Source of the DNA: Azolla caroliniana
Taxonomy: Eukaryota > Plantae > Polypodiophyta
NCBI GenBank assembly: GCA_043228905.1
Contig: JBHGNT010000983.1
Coordinates: 1 to 13,204 of the forward strand
Direction of reading: 5' to 3'
DNA length: 13,204 nucleotides
Part shown: positions 7,781 through 13,204 of the stretch, piece by piece
Layout of the letters: every line of letters begins with the position of its first letter
Position numbering within the stretch: the stretch's first letter is position 1
Notes under the pieces: generated by a model
Told to the model about the DNA's origin: nothing
The model's input: only the letters and a program-made list of their open reading frames with translations
Databases searched by the model: none
Position numbers and translations under genes: made by a program

Positions 7781-9608
7781 AACTAGCGTAAACTTCGAAT
7801 CCTTCCGGTCCAAAACCCCGACGGTTCCACCTCACGATCCACGCGTAGTGACGGATCTTCACGACAACGGCTTCCGTCTTTTGAGCTTCCTCACGCAGCT
7901 TTCTATTTTCTTCTGTTGTGCGGGTATGCGCAACTATCTCCGCCTCGAGCTTATCCTCAAGTGCTTTCACCGCCCTTCATCTTTTTAACCAGACATCCTT
8001 TTCCCTATCTGATGATTGGCGAAGTTCCGTGTGGAGGCGGTCAATCTCGGATTCGGCTAACTGCGTAGCACCTTTTTCTTTTGCGGCGATGCGGTTTGTG
8101 CTTCGACCTCCTCCCGTAAAGTTGTCGATGCGTCATCGCTGGATGTTAGTCCGGGGTTTTGCTGCACCGTAGTTGTGGTGCATTCTAATTCCGCAATGTG
8201 CTCTTGGGCCTTTTGTAGTTGGGCTTGAGTCAACTTGATTGTTTTCCAGGCATTTTTATTTTGGATAGCCATATCTTTGGCTCCCATAATGATTGTGGCC
8301 AACTCCCCATGCACTTGGACGAGGGCCGTATTCAATGGGGGTAATTCAATGCCCATGCGACGAATCCCTACGTTTCGCTGCCTGCCTATCTTGGGGAGGG
8401 GTCCCTCATCTTTGCTTTCCACCGTTCTTGTCAGCGCATGCTCAATCATTTGCTGTTTTGCATGCTTCTCGGCCATTCTCTAGGACACCTTGATCTGTTG
8501 TGTCACCAAAAATTCGATGAGTTCGTAAGTCGTCCCAAATTGTAACAGTGCGCCGAACTCATGGGCCGTATCCGGGATGTCTGGATACTTGAGGACTTCG
8601 CTGTCCACTGTGAGCACTCCTTTGCCACGCTGCGAATGAGCCGTAATGACCGGTTGTGGTTCCCAGATTATCTCCAATGTAGTTATGTGCTCCGTAGGGG
8701 CGGAAATGTCGACTGGTGCGGATGTGTCTTTAACCAATCCGCAACCATCCTTTCGATCTAATCTTTGTGGTTCTGTTCTGTTTCTTGCTCATTCATTGCT
8801 GTTGGTGCTTCGACTGTCCTTGCTAGTTATTTCGGCTGCATCTGTTGCGCTACGGGGTGGGAAGGTTGTGGTTCCTCTTCCCATTCTGTGGTTGCCAATT
8901 TCGATAACCACCGTTTCGCAGATCATGGCGGAGGCGTAGGTTTATTGGGTGGTGGGGCGGGCAGACCGCGAGGTGAAAACAATATCGTAAGGTATTGTTG
9001 TATAATCGGCCTCAGCTTTTTGCCGGCCTGGTATGCATGCATGCCCTTTCTTAGTGTTGGTCCCGTAATCACTCCCCAATCTACTACACGCCCTTCGAAT
9101 GTATCAATGATGATGCTTGCCTTTTGTTTTGGCATCTTGTACACGTTGACGTGCATACAACCAACCTCAAGTAGGAACTTGGCTATTTCCCGAAAGAATG
9201 GGTTCAGGATGTCTTTCGTTATGTATGTCTTGGCTGATACGGAATATTCCCTTATAGGGGGAATGTCGAAGTGTTTCTCCCCATTTGCGGATAGGTCCAA
9301 TTTCTTATGAATGGTGGTGTTTGTCATAGTGTCCACATTGAGCTTTTTGGCGATGTCGAGAGCATCAAGGTGTGCAGGTGCCTCGACAAACCTGATGTAC
9401 CCCTCAAAACCCTTTTCTAGGAGCCACCTGCGGAAACCTACAATGAAGTTCTCCAACTATGGTGAGCGTGGACTCTGTGGTATGGTGGGGAGCGAGGGGA
9501 GCGAGGAGAGTGAGGAGGGCGAGGAGAGTTAGTCCGTTTTCTGTACTGTGCAGAAAAACTTCTTTTTCCCTCTTTTTGTGTTCTAGGGTTCACTGGCCTG
9601 TGTGACAT
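7752..9608 (-). pseudogene. Disrupted additional ORF (about 610 codons) downstream of pol, same strand
   Basis: ORF-track pieces 9438-9656, 8923-9456, 8480-8737, 8057-8476 and 7752-7970 tile one strand almost continuously; 8480-8737 and 8057-8476 share a frame separated by one TAG. Reconstructed order: basic/SPR N-terminus, globular domain ending EGRVVDWG, P/E/Q linker, coiled-coil C-terminus. Confidence 0.72.
9490..9525. repeat. 9-bp coding repeat x4 encoding (S/P)P(R/H)
   Basis: GAGCGAGGG, GAGCGAGGA, GAGTGAGGA, GGGCGAGGA on the plus strand. Confidence 0.8.
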
Positions 9609-9770
9609 CGTGGTGCCGTGTGTGCTTGATCTTGGAGTTTGTGCATGCATAAACACCTTTTAATAGTCGTGACTATCTTCTCTCTCTTTTTTTTCATTTT
9701 TTTTCATTTTTTTAAAGGTAAAGTACAATATTACTGTTACATTTTATTACAAGTGGGTCCCAACTACTGA

Positions 9771-11085
9771 TTAGTGACGGGACCCCTCTGACGTGTCAGT
9801 TACGGTGTGAAACGGGGCGTAGGTCCCAGTACGGCTTTAATCGGAACCCATTCACTTTTTTCCGAAGTATAACTCCAGCGAGGGTACCCAATTGGAAGGT
9901 GCCATTTTCCGCTCCAACTATCCAATACGGCCCAATCCAGCGGAATTGTAACTTACCTGGCATTTAACCCATGCGTGTTTGGAAGACCAATACGGCCTTC
10001 CCAACTGCAAAGCATGCCCCGATGTCGATCCACGAATGCTTTACATCGATGCTGGTCTTGCTTGAGTATGACCATACTATGGATCCGAGCCTTGCCTAAT
10101 TCGAGAAGTTGTTGTAGCCATATTTGCTCGGACTTGCCTTCTGACAGTCGGTCTCTTACCTGAATCCTCAAACTAGGCACCTGGAATTCGATGGGCATTA
10201 TGTCTTCTAACCCAAACACTAGCCGGAAAGGTGTGGACTGTATGCTGGTTTTGTAACTCGTCCGATATGCCCACAAAGCGTTGTGTAGCTTGGTATCCCA
10301 GTCTGTTCTATTCTCATTCACGATCTTTTTCACTATGGTCTGTAATGTCTTGTTCGTGGATTTCGCTAACCCATTTTCTTGTGGGTAACATGGCGTGCTC
10401 TTCTTATGAACTACGACGTAATAGTGTGTTAGCTCGTAGATGAACGAATTCAGAAAGTGGCTCTCTTGATCACTGATGAGCTCGATTGGGCAACCAAAAC
10501 GACACCAAATGTATTCGTAAAGAAATTTTGTTGTGGATGCCACCGTATTATCCCGTAACACTTTTGCTTCTACCCACTTAGTGCAGTAATCCGTGGCTAC
10601 GAGAATGTACTTATTGCCGGTCCATGCTGCTACCGATGAAAAGGCCCGACAAAATCCAGACCCCATTTGTGGAATGGATCTTGCGGAAGAACTGGTTGGT
10701 GCGGCATCCTTGCAAGCTTCGTAGGTTGCCCCAACTGTTGACATAGATCACACTGTCGACAATATTGACACACGTCTTTTTGCGTAGTTGGCCACCATAA
10801 ACCTGCTTGCCATATTTTTCGGGCCGTAACATTGCCCGCGTAATGTCCCCCGGCCGTACCACAATGAGCTTTGCGTAGAACGACTTCTTTTTCATCCTGG
10901 CATATCCTGCTTCACCAGATCCCATCGTTGCCCTTGTGGTAAAGTATTCCTTCGACCAGGCAAAAGTTAGGACTGCGGACAACCAGTCGTTTCTTTTCGT
11001 CCATCCTTAGTTGCAGAGGTGACAGTCCCGTGGTTAGAAAGTACGTCATTTCCACCAACCAACGATTCGGAAAATTCTTTTTTGC
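9771..11085 (-). pseudogene. Gypsy integrase (H2C2 zinc finger, DDE core, GPY/F C-terminus), frameshifted and with stops
   Basis: AHCGTAGGHY (10870-10840), [47 protein letters not shown] (the catalytic E position reads K), WIGPYW (about 9939-9922), VNGFRLKPY; ends at stop 9796 or 9771. Confidence 0.93.
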
Positions 11086-12500
11086 CTATGATGTCATAGT
11101 CGCAATCCTCAGAATGTCAGCGTTAGGAAAGTCGTCATAGTCCCTCACTACATTATCTCCATTATCCACTCTGCTTAAGAAATTAGCTACGGCATGCTTC
11201 GTGCCTGGCTGATGCTGAATTGCGAAATCGAACTCCTGGAGCAGCAACATCCATCTGGCCAACTTCCTTGTCAGTGCCTGTTTATCAACTAGATACAGTA
11301 ACGCTGCGTGATCTACGTGAAACGTAAATGTGCGCCCTAGCAAATAATGCCGGAATTTTTTGATGCTATATACCATTCCCAAGGCTTCTCGTTCGGTTGT
11401 GGAGTAGTTCCTCTCGGCAGTTGATAGCTTACGACTGGCGTAATAGACCGGTCTGTACCAATTCAGCTCTGTGAGTTGCATCAATGCACTGCCTATTGCT
11501 ATATCTGAGGCATCCACAAAGACGTGAAAAGGTTTAGCCCAATCTAGTGGTTGTACGACCGGTACTTGGGTTAACATTATCTTGAGTGTGTTGTAAGCTT
11601 TCTCTCCTATTGCCGTCCACTTGAAGGGCGTTCGACGTACGATGGCGTGTAATGGGGTCGCAAAATTTGCCAAGTATCGTAACATGTGGCTATGCCAACG
11701 TATTTGACTTAGGAAGTGGCTGAGGGTTTTGGTATTAGTCGGAGTCTTTGCTTCAATGATCGCCATGATTTTGTTCGGATCCACCGCTATCACTTCCTTG
11801 CTTACGATGTGTCTGAGAAATGCCCCACTCGTGACGCCAAATGCACATTTGGCCAAATTAAGGTTGAGGTGTGACATACGACAACGCTCCAAACAAACTC
11901 GGAGATGGCCCAAATGTTCTCCTCGTGTTCCATATACCGTGATATCGTCGAGAAAGACTTGCATAAAGGCGGGTATGTACTCCCCAAAAATCTCTGTAAT
12001 TATTTGTTGGAAAATGGCAGGCGCCGTCTTTAGCCCAAACATCATGAACATAGCGAAGAAAACACCCCAATCCGTGACGAACATAGTCTTCTCTTGGTCG
12101 TTAGGGTGCATGTGTACCTAATTGTATCTGCCAAAACCGTCTAGAAAGCTATACATGTCATGGCCCGTGACCGCGTCTACTACACTATCGGTGAAGGGTA
12201 AGGCGAACGCGTCCATAATCGTCATGACGTTAAATGCGGATTTTATCATTTTTCTTTGGTACCACGACTATCGGGCTCAGCTACGTGGTCTGCTTCACCG
12301 GCCGGATAAACCCTGCTTTTAGAAGTTTGTCAATTTCTTCTTTTATGTGAACCACGTAATTCGGGTTCATTCGATAGTGACGTTGCTGCACCGGTTTTGC
12401 GTTGGTGGACAAGTTAATCTTCTGCTGGTAAAATTTTGGATCCAACCCTTGCATGTCCTCATGTGACCATGCGAAAACATCCTTATATTCCTTGAGCAGC
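11086..12500 (-). pseudogene. Gypsy reverse transcriptase and RNase H, disrupted
   Basis: YRMNPNY...EIDKLLKAGFI, LSPIVVVPKKN, FLDGFGRYN*, MMFGLKTAPAIFQ, VFLDD (11958-11944); RNase H FVDASD, YYASRKL..AERNYSTTERE, VDHAAL, RWMLLLQEFDF. Stops at 12281-12283 and 12118-12120. Confidence 0.95.
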
Positions 12501-12985
12501 TAGACTATCATTGTCGTCTTCTCACTTGGGATCAAGTCCTTCGCAATTGAGAGTAGTCGAGGTTCCGATATAGACTTCTTCTAATGCCAAAGCGGTGACT
12601 CACCATGAGATTTCCATTTCTCTCTCGAACGGTGCGCGTGCTCTACTTAACTCCATTAGAGACTCTTGGTTCGGTTCGTATGCAACTTCCTGAAGCGTAT
12701 TAGTTGGGACATATTCTGCATCGGTTTCTATTACGTCAATTTTGAATAATGGAACGATCCGCGGGTGATCCTCTAGGTACACCTCAAGCTTTGTATCATC
12801 TACTCCTTCTAGCATATGTATATCTTCAGTGTATAATGGCGTTATGCCCTTGGTTGGTGCCGCCGTTTCCTAAGTGGACACGCGAACTTTGCTTCGGCGT
12901 CGCTGGAAGTTGATACAATTATGCTGTCAATTTTGTTTGATGTTGGCTGAGCGTAGCCAAGGTTTGCCGAGAAACAGAGTACGTC
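12501..12985 (-). pseudogene. C-terminal remnant of the aspartic protease plus PR-RT linker
   Basis: FLGKPWLRSANIKQN* (LGKPWL at 12971-12954) matches the LGRPWL protease C-terminal motif; followed by an acidic linker (ORF 12600-12815). Confidence 0.7.
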
Positions 12986-13204
12986 AGACTTGCCTCTTTC
13001 TACTACCGGAGGCGTATTAGTTTCTGCCGGGACTACTTGTTCGTCACAATTATGCTGAAGTCGCCTGTTATTCCGGGGTTGTTGACGGTATTCTTGGCGT
13101 GGGTCTTGACGCCGGTCGTCCTCTGAACTTTCGTCATAACGGCACTGGTCCTTATGCTGACGATTGTTTCCATTTGGACGAGCCCCATTGAATCCTCGAT
13201 GATT
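12986..13204 (-). pseudogene. Probable C-terminal low-complexity tail of gag
   Basis: Open frame NHRGFNGARPNGNNRQHKDQCRYDESSEDDRRQDPRQEYRQQPRNNRR...; R/N/Q-rich and positioned upstream of the protease remnant. Confidence 0.5.

Larger units (their letters stand above)
7752..13204 (-). mobile_element. Decayed Ty3/Gypsy LTR retrotransposon internal region, non-chromovirus (Athila/Phygy-like), with extra 3' ORF; continues beyond the window
   Basis: Domain order gag-PR-RT-RH-INT on the minus strand; DVFAWS..DM.G, LDGF.RYN*, LGKPWL, W.GPY and VNGFRLKPY motifs; no chromodomain after INT and no room for an extra archaeal-type RNase H between RH and INT. Confidence 0.93.

Noticed and set aside
7918-12322. 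Plus-strand ORFs within the retroelement (e.g. 8765-9310, 11729-12121) as antisense genes
   Set aside because: They mirror minus-strand coding frames and show no independent protein features.

Overview
Eukaryotic land-plant nuclear DNA; the retroelement type and gene style suggest a non-seed plant such as a fern, lycophyte or bryophyte (inference only). Left: the 5' part of a spliced cytosolic asparaginyl-tRNA synthetase gene (SYNC1-type with WHEP insert) on the minus strand. It has three coding exons (1911-1681, 796-560, 472-<1), a probable 5'UTR intron and a telo-box/site II promoter. Divergent from it is an intronless 509-aa multi-pass membrane protein (AT4G39840-like, 5060-6589). Right: a tRNA-derived SINE-like element (about 7337-7448, minus), an LTR-like segment starting about 10 bp upstream of it (7458-7780), and a decayed non-chromovirus Ty3/Gypsy retrotransposon on the minus strand (gag tail, truncated protease, RT, RNase H, integrase). 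That element carries a roughly 610-codon extra ORF downstream of pol. The most notable items are this extra ORF (with signs of being a separate transcription unit), the LTR-like segment at a Pol III-start-like position, and the apparent opposite orientation of that segment. No well-supported novel system can be established from sequence alone.
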